From a virus (taxonomy: Duplodnaviria; Caudoviricetes), in IMG/VR virus record IMGVR_UViG_3300022930_000014, positions 1 to 40,631 of that record: DNA of 40,631 bases, one strand, 5' to 3'. The notes under the pieces are model-generated. The model was not told the DNA's origin. It was given only the letters and a program-made list of their open reading frames with translations, and did no database searches. Positions 1-7,730 of the stretch are shown here, one piece after another (position 1 is the first letter of the stretch; every line of letters begins with the position of its first letter). Position numbers and translations under genes: made by a program.

Positions 1-134
1 AGTAGCACTTCCAACTACAACGTCAGGAACAAACAGACTTGATATTGGGTGCGTATGGAACACCGTCACATCAAAATGGCGAGTTGTCGCAGTAGCATAG
101 CATTAGGCGGTGGTAACGTATCCACGTAAGTCCT
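1..134. repeat. Terminal direct repeat (assembly overlap of a circular or circularly permuted genome), left copy
   Basis: Identical to 40499-40631 except for one extra T at 127. Confidence 0.95.
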
Positions 135-212
135 GAAGCACCTTTCATATGAAAACAAAAGTTACTTCATATGTCCCGAATTACCGACTAATTACAGAAA
201 ATCAGAAAAATT

Positions 213-1148
213 ATGAAAAAAACATTTACGAAAATCGTAGCTTTGGCTATGATACTTGGTTTCGCAATGCCCGCTATCGCCGCTCCATTCGATTGGAGAA
301 TAACTCGTGCAAACGACGACGATACGATAGACTACCTTACAAACGTTACTACCCGAGAGGCTTCTACTTCTCCGGCACTTCTTGGAGTTCACCCAACAGG
401 ACAAAATGGACGATGGTATTACATCAAGAATGACGGATTCATTCGAGTTGATCCAGCTGCACCAGAACAAGGTTCAGACAACTACGAAATCAGTCTTGAT
501 CTTGGTGGATTCAACCCTCTAAACATTGGAAACTTGAATGACCTTCTTAACGGAAAAGTTGGAACTACTTCACTTGCTCTAAGCAACGGTAGAATCACTT
601 CTCTAGAATCATTCAGAAATGATATGAACAGTAACTTCTTCGGAACGTCTACTACTATGACCCTTGCAGGTTCTACAACAGTAAACGTACTAGTACCAAG
701 AGCAGACGCAATCAAGCTAGCAGCACTAAGCACGTCTTCAGTTACTCAAGTTCAATCAGATTGGAATCAAACAAATACAGCTTCTTCAAGCTATATTCAA
801 AACAAGCCAACTGTAGGACGAGCATATGAAGGTACTACACAACGAACAGGATCGTTCCCAGTATTCAAAAATGCAACGGTTGCAAGTGGAGTAGCAGTAT
901 TCCACCTAACAATTGACGGAACATCAGGAGGAACGGCACTATTCCCTAACGGAATAATCGCTGACTCAATAGACGTAGAGGTAAACGACGCAACAGCTTC
1001 TTACCAGATGTCATACGCTCTATCAAACGGAAACAAGACATTGACTGTAACAGCAAACAAGCTGACTACAGCGAACATTCTCACAGGGCTTCTGGGTCAG
1101 GCACAGGCCAACGGCTCAGTTGTACGACTACAAGCTTGGGGATACTAA
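213..1148 (+). CDS. Fibre-like or surface protein with an N-terminal signal peptide
   Basis: 311 aa. MKK-hydrophobic-AIA signal. QSDWNQT...YIQNKP motif typical of phage fibre proteins. Follows the fibre gene. Confidence 0.6.
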   Translation: MKKTFTKIVALAMILGFAMPAIAAPFDWRITRANDDDTIDYLTNVTTREASTSPALLGVHPTGQNGRWYYIKNDGFIRVDPAAPEQGSDNYEISLDLGGFNPLNIGNLNDLLNGKVGTTSLALSNGRITSLESFRNDMNSNFFGTSTTMTLAGSTTVNVLVPRADAIKLAALSTSSVTQVQSDWNQTNTASSSYIQNKPTVGRAYEGTTQRTGSFPVFKNATVASGVAVFHLTIDGTSGGTALFPNGIIADSIDVEVNDATASYQMSYALSNGNKTLTVTANKLTTANILTGLLGQAQANGSVVRLQAWGY

Positions 1149-1174
1149 TTAAAAATTAAAAAACAACACGAAAC

Positions 1175-1396
1175 ATGAAACCAGAAAAACGAGACACCGA
1201 AGGTGATCTAAGAATCATAACTCAAATAGTAAAGTCAATTAAGGAAAACCTTGTAAAGGAGAAAGAGCTTATTCAAAACGATATCTCTTCCCTCCAAGCT
1301 TACTACGAAGAGCACATGAGCCTGTACGAAAGTAGATTGTCTCGTGTTGTTGAACTAGTTGATAAGATACACACCCTAAAGGGAGACACACAATAA
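1175..1396 (+). CDS. Hypothetical coiled-coil protein
   Basis: 73 aa ORF packed tightly between its neighbours. Confidence 0.6.
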   Translation: MKPEKRDTEGDLRIITQIVKSIKENLVKEKELIQNDISSLQAYYEEHMSLYESRLSRVVELVDKIHTLKGDTQ

Positions 1397-1397
1397 C

Positions 1398-2105
1398 ATG
1401 GCACTTAACCCCGTAGCATATTACAAACTTGACGGCAACTCCAATGATTATGTTGGAGGAAACAATGGTACAGACACCAGTGTTACATATTCCAATACAT
1501 ATGGAATCATAAATAACGGTGCAGGATCCACAGTAGGAACTACTAGAATATATCTTGGCAATCCGACCGCATTCCAGATATCAGGAGCGCAGTTCATTAA
1601 TTTTTGGATTGTGGGAACTGCCCAAGGTGCAGTGAACCGAAGCATATTTGCATCTGGTGGAATTAACGGAGTGACTGACGGAGGGATATATATGTTCCAT
1701 TATTCAGGTCAGACAATAGACTTTGGTGTTTCAAATGGATCATCCCTGTCCAATGTTACCTTAAACACAACACAAACCGCAGCTCTTCTTAATGGAACGA
1801 AGCATATGGTTACATGCGTATTCAACCCTTCAACAAAGGTTGAGGTATTTGTTGACAAGGTTTCTGTTGTAAGCACCACGACATCCGTAATATCCTCTAG
1901 ACTTACGACAAAGAATTGGTCGTTGTTTGCCATAGAAACAGACCAGTCAGCAACCCGTCGAGACGCTGTAATCTGCGGAATAGATGAGTTCGGAGTCTAT
2001 CCTGGAATACCAACATCAGGAGACTTGGACATCCTATATAATGCCGGAGCGGGAAAGCAGCCTCCATTCACGGTCACTACGGGAAATTTCTTCAGAATGT
2101 TCTAA
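1398..2105 (+). CDS. LamG/concanavalin-A-like lectin domain protein (virion-associated)
   Basis: VAYYKLDGNSND...H.VTCVF...VFVD...IDEFGVY....L...LYNAG pattern of phage LamG-like domains. Confidence 0.8.
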   Translation: MALNPVAYYKLDGNSNDYVGGNNGTDTSVTYSNTYGIINNGAGSTVGTTRIYLGNPTAFQISGAQFINFWIVGTAQGAVNRSIFASGGINGVTDGGIYMFHYSGQTIDFGVSNGSSLSNVTLNTTQTAALLNGTKHMVTCVFNPSTKVEVFVDKVSVVSTTTSVISSRLTTKNWSLFAIETDQSATRRDAVICGIDEFGVYPGIPTSGDLDILYNAGAGKQPPFTVTTGNFFRMF

Positions 2106-2165
2106 CTTTGTATCTGGCACTTTCGGGTAGTGCCAGCTATCAAGGGAAAAACCTTGAAAAAACAT

Positions 2166-2345
2166 ATGAACAACATAACACAATCAGCTTCAAAAATTGT
2201 CTTTATTCTCCTAACACTCACAGCGTGTGTAGGATTTATTATCAAGCTACTCCCGGTAGACCAGTTCATGATCCTAGCCATTGCGGCATCATCATTCTAC
2301 TTCTCTAACAAGGGAGAAAACAGTCAACCATACGCTGGCAAATAG
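2166..2345 (+). CDS. Putative holin (2 TM)
   Basis: 59 aa from ATG 2166, two hydrophobic segments, FYFS C-terminal motif, upstream of the endolysin. Confidence 0.65.
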   Translation: MNNITQSASKIVFILLTLTACVGFIIKLLPVDQFMILAIAASSFYFSNKGENSQPYAGK

Positions 2346-2347
2346 CT

Positions 2348-2809
2348 ATGCTAGACAAGAATACAATCATGTCAACGCTACTGGATATGGCAAGAGACGT
2401 CTCGAGAGTAGCGACCATAGTTGAGGATATCAAGCACGAGGAGATACCCGAAATGAAGGCTAGTATCAAGTCCATTGACGATACGGTTACTCGAATCGAC
2501 TCCAAGCACAATAAAGATATCATTACGATCACGGCACAGCGTGAGAAAGACATTGCTCGGCTCAAACAGCATGAGGATACCTTTTTGGAGTACAAGGCTG
2601 ACCTGGACAAGCGCATGAACATACTCTGGAAAGAGCGGCAAATGACCGTTGAGGAAAAAGTGGAAAGAAGAAAGCAAATCTTCACCAAGTTCCTAGAGAT
2701 TTCAACAAAGGTCATATATGCGATTCTGGGAGTGGGTCTTTCGCTGCTCACGGGATATTTTCTAGGCAAGGACATATTCCTTATCATTATAAATAGTTTT
2801 CTAAAATAA
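2348..2809 (+). CDS. Coiled-coil protein with C-terminal TM (lysis-associated)
   Basis: Heptad-rich N-terminus and a hydrophobic C-terminal helix; lies in the lysis cassette. Confidence 0.55.
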   Translation: MLDKNTIMSTLLDMARDVSRVATIVEDIKHEEIPEMKASIKSIDDTVTRIDSKHNKDIITITAQREKDIARLKQHEDTFLEYKADLDKRMNILWKERQMTVEEKVERRKQIFTKFLEISTKVIYAILGVGLSLLTGYFLGKDIFLIIINSFLK

Positions 2810-2810
2810 C

Positions 2811-3866
2811 ATGCAACAACCATCACCAACAGGAGTCCTGATAGACAACCGGGACGATTTCGAAAAATCAAAAGATTATAAGCACGAAGAAATCGCCATG
2901 GGGTTCTCGCCATACGTTTGGGAAGAGAGGCCCTACAAGCCCAAGTATTTCTTCAGATACAATCAGGCTTCCTCACTATCCTGCGTTGCGGGAGGAGCCG
3001 TGGCGACTATAGAGTTTTACGACGGGATCGTGGGATCAAGAAAGGACGTATACGGAAGAAGAATCAACTACCCATACGGGGGGATGTTCATGGACGACCT
3101 GTTCAAGATTATGCGAGAGGGTATCGCACGGGAAGAGACTGTAAAGTCACAGGGCCTAGGAGAGGTCGCTATGAATGAAAGATACCCAATAACAGAGCAA
3201 GTAATAGCAGACCGAGCCAAGTATAGAACCGGGTTATCCTTTGATATTCAGGCATACAACAATATTGACACAATCGCGAGCATCGTGAAAGTCTGCCCCG
3301 TGGTCGCGTTCTGGTATTTCGACGAGGGAGGGCGAGAATGGTGGAAGGAATACCCGACAGTGATGTTCAATTTTCCTTCGTATATTGCACCAGGCACTAC
3401 GAGACACCAGGTTGTCATAGTGGACGCAATACTTATAGGCGGAAAGAAATACCTGGTGGGACAGGATACGGCGGGAGTCGGATCGGGACTAGGGGAAAAC
3501 GGCAACCTCAGGCTGATATCAGAGGATATGGTGAAAAAGCGTCTATATTCGGCAGGATACTGCCTGGACGACTCAAATGAGGTCATTGTACCAAATCCAG
3601 TGCAAAAGCCCGTCTACGCCAATTCTGTGACGTTAAAGGTGGGTTCTTCAGGCAAGGCCGTGACCGATCTGCAGTCAGTTCTGATATATGAGGGTCTTTT
3701 GAAGATAAAGGCTCCCACTGGAGTGTTTGCGGGACTCACGCGAAAGGCCGTCATCGCATTGCAGGAAAAGTATCGAGATCAGATATTGAAGCCGGCAGGA
3801 TTGAAGGTGGGAACAGGAATCGTTGCAAGTCTTACAAACAAGTTCTTGAACGAAAAGTATAAATAG
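2811..3866 (+). CDS. Putative endolysin: papain-like cysteine peptidase plus peptidoglycan-binding domain
   Basis: NQ..SLSCVA catalytic Cys region and RHQV His. C-terminal LKVGSSGKAVTDLQ..L...G.F...TRKAV..LQ matches PG_binding_1. Confidence 0.75.
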   Translation: MQQPSPTGVLIDNRDDFEKSKDYKHEEIAMGFSPYVWEERPYKPKYFFRYNQASSLSCVAGGAVATIEFYDGIVGSRKDVYGRRINYPYGGMFMDDLFKIMREGIAREETVKSQGLGEVAMNERYPITEQVIADRAKYRTGLSFDIQAYNNIDTIASIVKVCPVVAFWYFDEGGREWWKEYPTVMFNFPSYIAPGTTRHQVVIVDAILIGGKKYLVGQDTAGVGSGLGENGNLRLISEDMVKKRLYSAGYCLDDSNEVIVPNPVQKPVYANSVTLKVGSSGKAVTDLQSVLIYEGLLKIKAPTGVFAGLTRKAVIALQEKYRDQILKPAGLKVGTGIVASLTNKFLNEKYK

Positions 3867-3969
3867 TGTTACAATGATAAGTGTCGGATTCCTACCGACT
3901 TTCGGTCATAATGAATAGCATGGAGCCAAGGCTCTGTGCTTTTTGTTATCTCCATGTTACAATCGTATC

Positions 3970-4326
3970 ATGATATATGTATCAAAAATAAAAGCGTCAG
4001 AACTTTTGCTTAAATCAGGTTACATTGTACACTACAAAGGATTTGTAAAGCACGATGTAGGAGGTAGGTTTCATGCTTATGTAAAAGGACAGAGAAACAT
4101 ATCTATTCATTATGATTTATATGTAGCGAAAGGTCGTAGACACTTTGCCCCACCTATGCCTATGAAAGTGGGAGAAGAAGTTAAAAGATTACAAAAATTA
4201 GATTTACAATATGTCCAAGAAAGTTTCCAAAAAACAGAAGAAGAACTCGAAAAACTCAAAACGAAAAACCTTGTCAAAGTCTTACAGCGTGAAAAAAATC
4301 GCCTACTTACAGAACCACAAGCATGA
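3970..4326 (+). CDS. Hypothetical protein (leaderless)
   Basis: ATG lies 6 nt after TGTTACAAT; 118 aa. Confidence 0.6.
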   Translation: MIYVSKIKASELLLKSGYIVHYKGFVKHDVGGRFHAYVKGQRNISIHYDLYVAKGRRHFAPPMPMKVGEEVKRLQKLDLQYVQESFQKTEEELEKLKTKNLVKVLQREKNRLLTEPQA

Positions 4327-4414
4327 GATACAAGATCGTGTGTGGAGAGTGATAGACAATTACGTCAATAAGAATAAGATAGTAGGTTTAGATATCAATC
4401 TAACCATTACTTTG

Positions 4415-4485
4415 CGGGACTAACGAGAATCGGACTCGTGCTATGTGCGTGACGGGCACACGTTCTGCCACTGAACTATAATCCC
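4415..4485 (-). tRNA. tRNA-Asp(GTC), atypical
   Basis: Cloverleaf GGGATTA/TAGTCCC, loop CC-GTC-AC (C33), T-loop TCCGATT. Confidence 0.8.
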
Positions 4486-4497
4486 TATATTTTTTTG

Positions 4498-4580
4498 TGG
4501 AAAGAAGAGGATTCGAACCTCTACAGCCTTGCGACTGGATAGTTTTCAAGACTATTGCGATACCGTTACGCCATCAATCC
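4498..4580 (-). tRNA. tRNA-Ser(TGA)
   Basis: Loop CT-TGA-AA, long variable arm, TTCGAAT; two U-U mismatches in the acceptor. Confidence 0.8.
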
Positions 4581-4636
4581 TTGAACAGACGTGTTGTTTG
4601 CAGTGCTTATTCAGAATATATCGCACCATCTGTCTG

Positions 4637-4719
4637 CGGAAAGTATAGGATTTGCACCTATGAACCCTTGCAGGTCTGCTCCTTAGCAAGGAGTTGCATT
4701 GCTACTCTGCCAACCTTCC
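4637..4719 (-). tRNA. tRNA-Ser(GCT)
   Basis: Loop TT-GCT-AA, long variable arm, T-loop TGCAAAT, G73. Confidence 0.85.
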
Positions 4720-4723
4720 ATTG

Positions 4724-4794
4724 TGGACTAATAGGGAATCGAACCCTAGACTACCCCGTGCAAAAGGGTTGTTATGCCACTTAACCAAAAGCCC
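4724..4794 (-). tRNA. tRNA-Ala(TGC)
   Basis: Loop TT-TGC-AC, G3:U70 identity pair, TTCGATT. Confidence 0.85.
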
Positions 4795-4796
4795 AT

Positions 4797-4869
4797 AAGC
4801 CAGAGCTCTTCGGATAGGAACGATGTCTAAAAAGCACCTTCCGAACAGGACTTTCGTCCACTCTGACTT
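4797..4869 (-). ncRNA. Unassigned structured RNA (three-way junction)
   Basis: AAGTCAGAG/CTCTGGCTT closing stem, GGAC-GAAA-GTCC GNRA hairpin, TTCGGA..TCCGAA arm; lies between tRNAs. Confidence 0.45.
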
Positions 4870-4870
4870 G

Positions 4871-4942
4871 CTCCTCAAGCAGGGCTCGAACCTGCGACCT
4901 TTCGGTTAACAACCGACCGCTCTGCCACTGAGCTATCAAGGA
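4871..4942 (-). tRNA. tRNA-Asn(GTT)
   Basis: Canonical cloverleaf, loop TT-GTT-AA, G73. Confidence 0.92.
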
Positions 4943-4953
4943 ATATTTATTTG

Positions 4954-5025
4954 AGCCTTATCACAGACTTGCACTGTATTCGATAGTTTACAAAACTATT
5001 GCTCTACTTCATGAGCTAATGAGGC
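4954..5025 (-). tRNA. tRNA-Thr(TGT)
   Basis: GCCTCAT/ATAAGGC, loop TT-TGT-AA, T-loop TGCAAGT. Confidence 0.82.
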
Positions 5026-5072
5026 ATTGTAGCCCTAAGCCCCGCTAGGCAGAACGAAGGACTACAGATACA

Positions 5073-5396
5073 TTATAGCATAACAGATTCCTTATGCAAA
5101 TGTATTGCTCTGTGATGTAATGGGCATACCCATATTACATCAAGTGGTTTCGAGTAATCTTCATGATGAGCTTGGACATTTTCTTTAGTCTTACACACTT
5201 CGCAAGTTCCTCGTTTTATGTATCCCTTTCTTATATGATAATTGAGCTTTGCTATTGCCTTTAGCTTTTGAGGGTATTTCTTCCTGTATCTCGTATTGGC
5301 ATTCTTTTTTGCAATGGAGGCATAGTATTTAGATTGAGTGATAACACCTTTCTCAGTCTTTTTGTATGTTTTTTGGTACACAGGATTCTTACTCAT
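5073..5396 (-). CDS. HNH-type homing endonuclease
   Basis: CEVC...VQAHHEDYSKPLDVIWVCPLHH; probable start MSKN 7 nt after TAAAAT. Confidence 0.8.
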   Translation of the reverse strand: MSKNPVYQKTYKKTEKGVITQSKYYASIAKKNANTRYRKKYPQKLKAIAKLNYHIRKGYIKRGTCEVCKTKENVQAHHEDYSKPLDVIWVCPLHHRAIHLHKESVML

Positions 5397-5489
5397 GTAT
5401 ACCATTTTATCACCTACTTGTGAAAAGTAAAGAACCCACACTGGTTATATGTGGGTTGGTGGACTTACCACCATAGTAGGCAGGGTAGC

Positions 5490-5603
5490 CTACGTGAGAT
5501 ACACCTCCTTCAAATCAGGGAAGTAGTGATACTCCCCGAAAAAAAGGTCAAAGAGCAGAGTTTGCATGTGGCGTTGGGGTGAGGGGAAGTTTTCCTCGTA
5601 CAT
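5490..5603 (-). CDS. Small hypothetical peptide (37 aa, or 25 aa from an internal ATG)
   Basis: MYEENFPSPQRHMQTLLFDLFFGEYHYFPDLKEVYLT, directly downstream of TGGTATAAT. Confidence 0.35.
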   Translation of the reverse strand: MYEENFPSPQRHMQTLLFDLFFGEYHYFPDLKEVYLT

Positions 5604-5807
5604 ATTATACCACATATTCCAAAACAAAAACACACCCCTTATCATAGGTGTGTCTTGTAATAAAATTATGCTATGTCAAACTCAAATGATGGAAGAAAAG
5701 ATTGTGGGCTCTGGTGACCCACATGGCAATTATATCATGGCAAGAAAAAAAGTCCAAGAGCACGTACTCTAATGGACTTTAGTTCTTATTACATTGTATA
5801 TGTAAAG

Positions 5808-6290
5808 TTATTCCAACTCAAGCTTTGTGTATAACTCCATGGCTTCCCTAACGTACTTGCAGCTGTCATATGGAGTTCCGTTCTTATTGATACCCTTGCT
5901 GCACGGCCTAGTGTTTCCACTATTCCACACCTTGAAGATCTGCTTAGGCGTCATTTCCTGTAGAAGCAGAGACTTGATCTCCATCTCTACTATCGGTCTT
6001 TCAAGCTCCAGTGAAAACCCCTTCACCTTTCCCAAGTGTTTCTTGGTTAGGTTTTTCCATGTACCTGGCATTATTTGAAAACAACCGTATTCCCCGTCCT
6101 TACCTCGCTTGGTACACTTTGTATCATTCTTGGTTTCTTTGTATTTTATTGTCTTAGCTATGTTTTCGACCTGCTTCTCGATGGTCACAGGTTTTTCCTC
6201 TATCGTCGGCAGCGTTGCTGGCATTTGCACAGTAGACGTTGACGACAACAAAAGCATAGGCAAAAGAGCGATTGAGTATATATGTTTCAT
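5808..6290 (-). CDS. Lytic transglycosylase (SLT/lysozyme-like) with N-terminal signal or anchor
   Basis: Catalytic ET, GEYGCFQIMPGTW, WNSG...YV motifs. Confidence 0.8.
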   Translation of the reverse strand: MKHIYSIALLPMLLLSSTSTVQMPATLPTIEEKPVTIEKQVENIAKTIKYKETKNDTKCTKRGKDGEYGCFQIMPGTWKNLTKKHLGKVKGFSLELERPIVEMEIKSLLLQEMTPKQIFKVWNSGNTRPCSKGINKNGTPYDSCKYVREAMELYTKLELE

Positions 6291-6346
6291 ATTATGCTAT
6301 AGGTGTCTGATACACACATACAACAATAGAAATTATACCACATTTG

Positions 6347-6419
6347 AGAACCGTACAGGACTTGCACCTGTGGATAACCGTTTTGCAAACGGGAGTGTTC
6401 GCTGCTTCACCAACGGCTC
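6347..6419 (-). tRNA. tRNA-Cys(GCA)
   Basis: Loop TT-GCA-AA, U73 discriminator, T-loop TGCAAGT. Confidence 0.85.
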
Positions 6420-6426
6420 TTACTTG

Positions 6427-6497
6427 TTGCGGGAAAGGGAGTCGAACCCATACGCAAGGCTTATGAAACCTTTGAACTACCGTTATTCTATCCCACA
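6427..6497 (-). tRNA. tRNA-Met(CAT)
   Basis: TGTGGGA/TCCCGCA, loop TT-CAT-AA; initiator versus elongator unresolved. Confidence 0.8.
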
Positions 6498-6773
6498 GCT
6501 GGTGACTATACAGGGAATTGAACCCTGTTTCGCGGAATGAAAATCCGATGTCCTGCCATTAGACGATATAGCCGTATCTAATTCTATCACAACCTCTCGA
6601 AACTCCGCAAGCGCTACCTCTTGAAAGTTTGGATCTCTGTACTTCTTGTACTTCTTTCTGTATTGGTATCTTGTCAAGGTATTCTTGTCTTCCGTTCTCC
6701 GGATCATCATCTTGCGGTATGAAATCAAAAACTCTCTTGAAAGTGCTTTTTTTAACTCTGGTCTACAGGACAT
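6483..6773 (-). CDS. Basic hypothetical protein whose frame runs through tRNA-Glu
   Basis: ATG 6 nt after TGTTATAAT; no in-frame stop until 6483. Confidence 0.45.
   Translation of the reverse strand: MSCRPELKKALSREFLISYRKMMIRRTEDKNTLTRYQYRKKYKKYRDPNFQEVALAEFREVVIELDTAISSNGRTSDFHSAKQGSIPCIVTSCGIE
6500..6573 (-). tRNA. tRNA-Glu(TTC)
   Basis: Loop TT-TTC-AT, encoded CCA. Confidence 0.88.
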
Positions 6774-6801
6774 GTTACAATTATAACACATCTTTATCTT
6801 G

Positions 6802-6872
6802 TCAGGAAACAAGGAGTCGAACCTTGCTTAAATGAGCCCAAGTCACTTGTGTTTCCGATACACTATATCCTG
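6802..6872 (-). tRNA. tRNA-Pro(TGG)
   Basis: C1:G72, loop CT-TGG-GC (G37), TTCGACT. Confidence 0.85.
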
Positions 6873-6945
6873 GTGCAAAAACTGGGATTCGAACCCAGAC
6901 CCCTTGCTTGGAAGGCAAGTACACTAGCCATTGTGTTATTTATGC
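6871..6945 (-). tRNA. tRNA-Gly(TCC)
   Basis: Loop CT-TCC-AA, TTCGAAT; its CCA overlaps the 5' end of tRNA-Pro. Confidence 0.88.
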
Positions 6946-7280
6946 TTATTTACTTGTATTCTATCATAAGTACGTACTCTATGGCAATTAGCACACACAA
7001 GCTCGCACTTTGCTATCTCTTCATCTATCTTTTTGATGTTTGTGCCTCTAACTGTCATTGAAGATACACTGCGAATCTTTTCTCCTATATGGTCGTAATC
7101 CATTACGCAAGCCGGAAACATACCCCCGCAATCTTTGCACGGTTTTCCTTTTTTTGTATTGTTGACATATTCTTGCAGAAGCTTTTTCTTTGCCTTGTTT
7201 CTAGCATAATACTCTTGCTTATTTTTATGGTAATGAGTAGAACTCCACACTGCTTGTTTCGTCTTGTCTTTAGTAGGCAT
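6936..7280 (-). CDS. HNH endonuclease (Zn-binding)
   Basis: PCKDCG...MDYDH...EEIAKCELVCANCHRVRT. Confidence 0.85.
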   Translation of the reverse strand: MPTKDKTKQAVWSSTHYHKNKQEYYARNKAKKKLLQEYVNNTKKGKPCKDCGGMFPACVMDYDHIGEKIRSVSSMTVRGTNIKKIDEEIAKCELVCANCHRVRTYDRIQVNKHK

Positions 7281-7281
7281 G

Positions 7282-7352
7282 TATTCCTACGTGGTGCCGC
7301 CCCACGGTAAAAGAGTTAAAAGCTCTCTATTCTACTGTTGAATTATAGGAAT
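7282..7352 (-). tRNA. tRNA-Lys(TTT), atypical T-loop
   Basis: Perfect ATTCCTA/TAGGAAT acceptor, loop CT-TTT-AA, T-loop GGCGGCA. Confidence 0.8.
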
Positions 7353-7353
7353 G

Positions 7354-7424
7354 TTCCAGATACAAGAATCGAACTTGTGACTATCGGGTTTCAACCGAGT
7401 GCTTTTCCACTAAGCTAATAAGGA
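7354..7424 (-). tRNA. tRNA-Phe(GAA)
   Basis: Loop TT-GAA-AC, TTCGATT; two acceptor mismatches. Confidence 0.75.
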
Positions 7425-7426
7425 TT

Positions 7427-7503
7427 TGGTAAACTCAGATGGATTCGAACCATCGTCAATCGCTTCGAAGGCGACCATTCTTTATCCGCTGAACTATGAG
7501 TTT
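7427..7503 (-). tRNA. tRNA-Arg(TCG)
   Basis: AAACTCA/TGAGTTT, loop CT-TCG-AA, encoded CCA. Confidence 0.88.
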
Positions 7504-7504
7504 G

Positions 7505-7575
7505 TAAGCATACCTGGATTTGCACCAAGATCAGAGGCTTAGAACGCCTTTATTCTTCTATTAAACTATATGCCT
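7505..7575 (-). tRNA. tRNA-Arg(TCT)
   Basis: AGGC/GCCT anticodon stem, loop GT-TCT-AA, T-loop TGCAAAT. Confidence 0.75.
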
Positions 7576-7576
7576 G

Positions 7577-7648
7577 TAGTCACAGCAGGACTTGAACCTG
7601 CAACCTACGCTGTGTAAAAGCGTCGCTCAACCATTGAGCTATGCGACT
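7577..7648 (-). tRNA. tRNA-Val(TAC)
   Basis: Canonical cloverleaf, loop TT-TAC-AC. Confidence 0.9.
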
Positions 7649-7654
7649 GTATAG

Positions 7655-7725
7655 TAGTCCTATTTGGAATCGAACCAAAGCCACCTGTGTATAAGACAGG
7701 CTCTCTGCCACTGAGATATAAGACC
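7655..7725 (-). tRNA. tRNA-Ile(TAT)
   Basis: CCTGT/ACAGG stem, loop CT-TAT-AC, TTCGATT. Confidence 0.82.
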
Positions 7726-7730
7726 ACATT

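Noticed and set aside
1-134. Biological direct terminal repeat or attachment site
   Set aside because: It falls inside the fibre gene end and has the size of an assembler overlap; there is no integrase.
4797-4869. Hammerhead ribozyme or RNase P fragment (GAAAGUCC)
   Set aside because: There is no CUGAUGA core, no RNase P P4 partner, and the length is wrong.
5549-5570. Second tmRNA tag (GCA AAC TCT GCT CTT TGA, minus strand)
   Set aside because: Only five codons, no tRNA-like domain nearby, and better explained as part of a small ORF in another frame.
6369-6377. Additional DnaA-box-like TGTGGATAA
   Set aside because: It lies inside tRNA-Cys and is probably coincidental.
7505-7575. Possible amber suppressor tRNA (CTA) implying stop-codon recoding
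   Set aside because: Stem pairing AGGC/GCCT centres the loop on TCT (Arg), and genes end normally at TAG, TAA and TGA with no sign of fragmentation.
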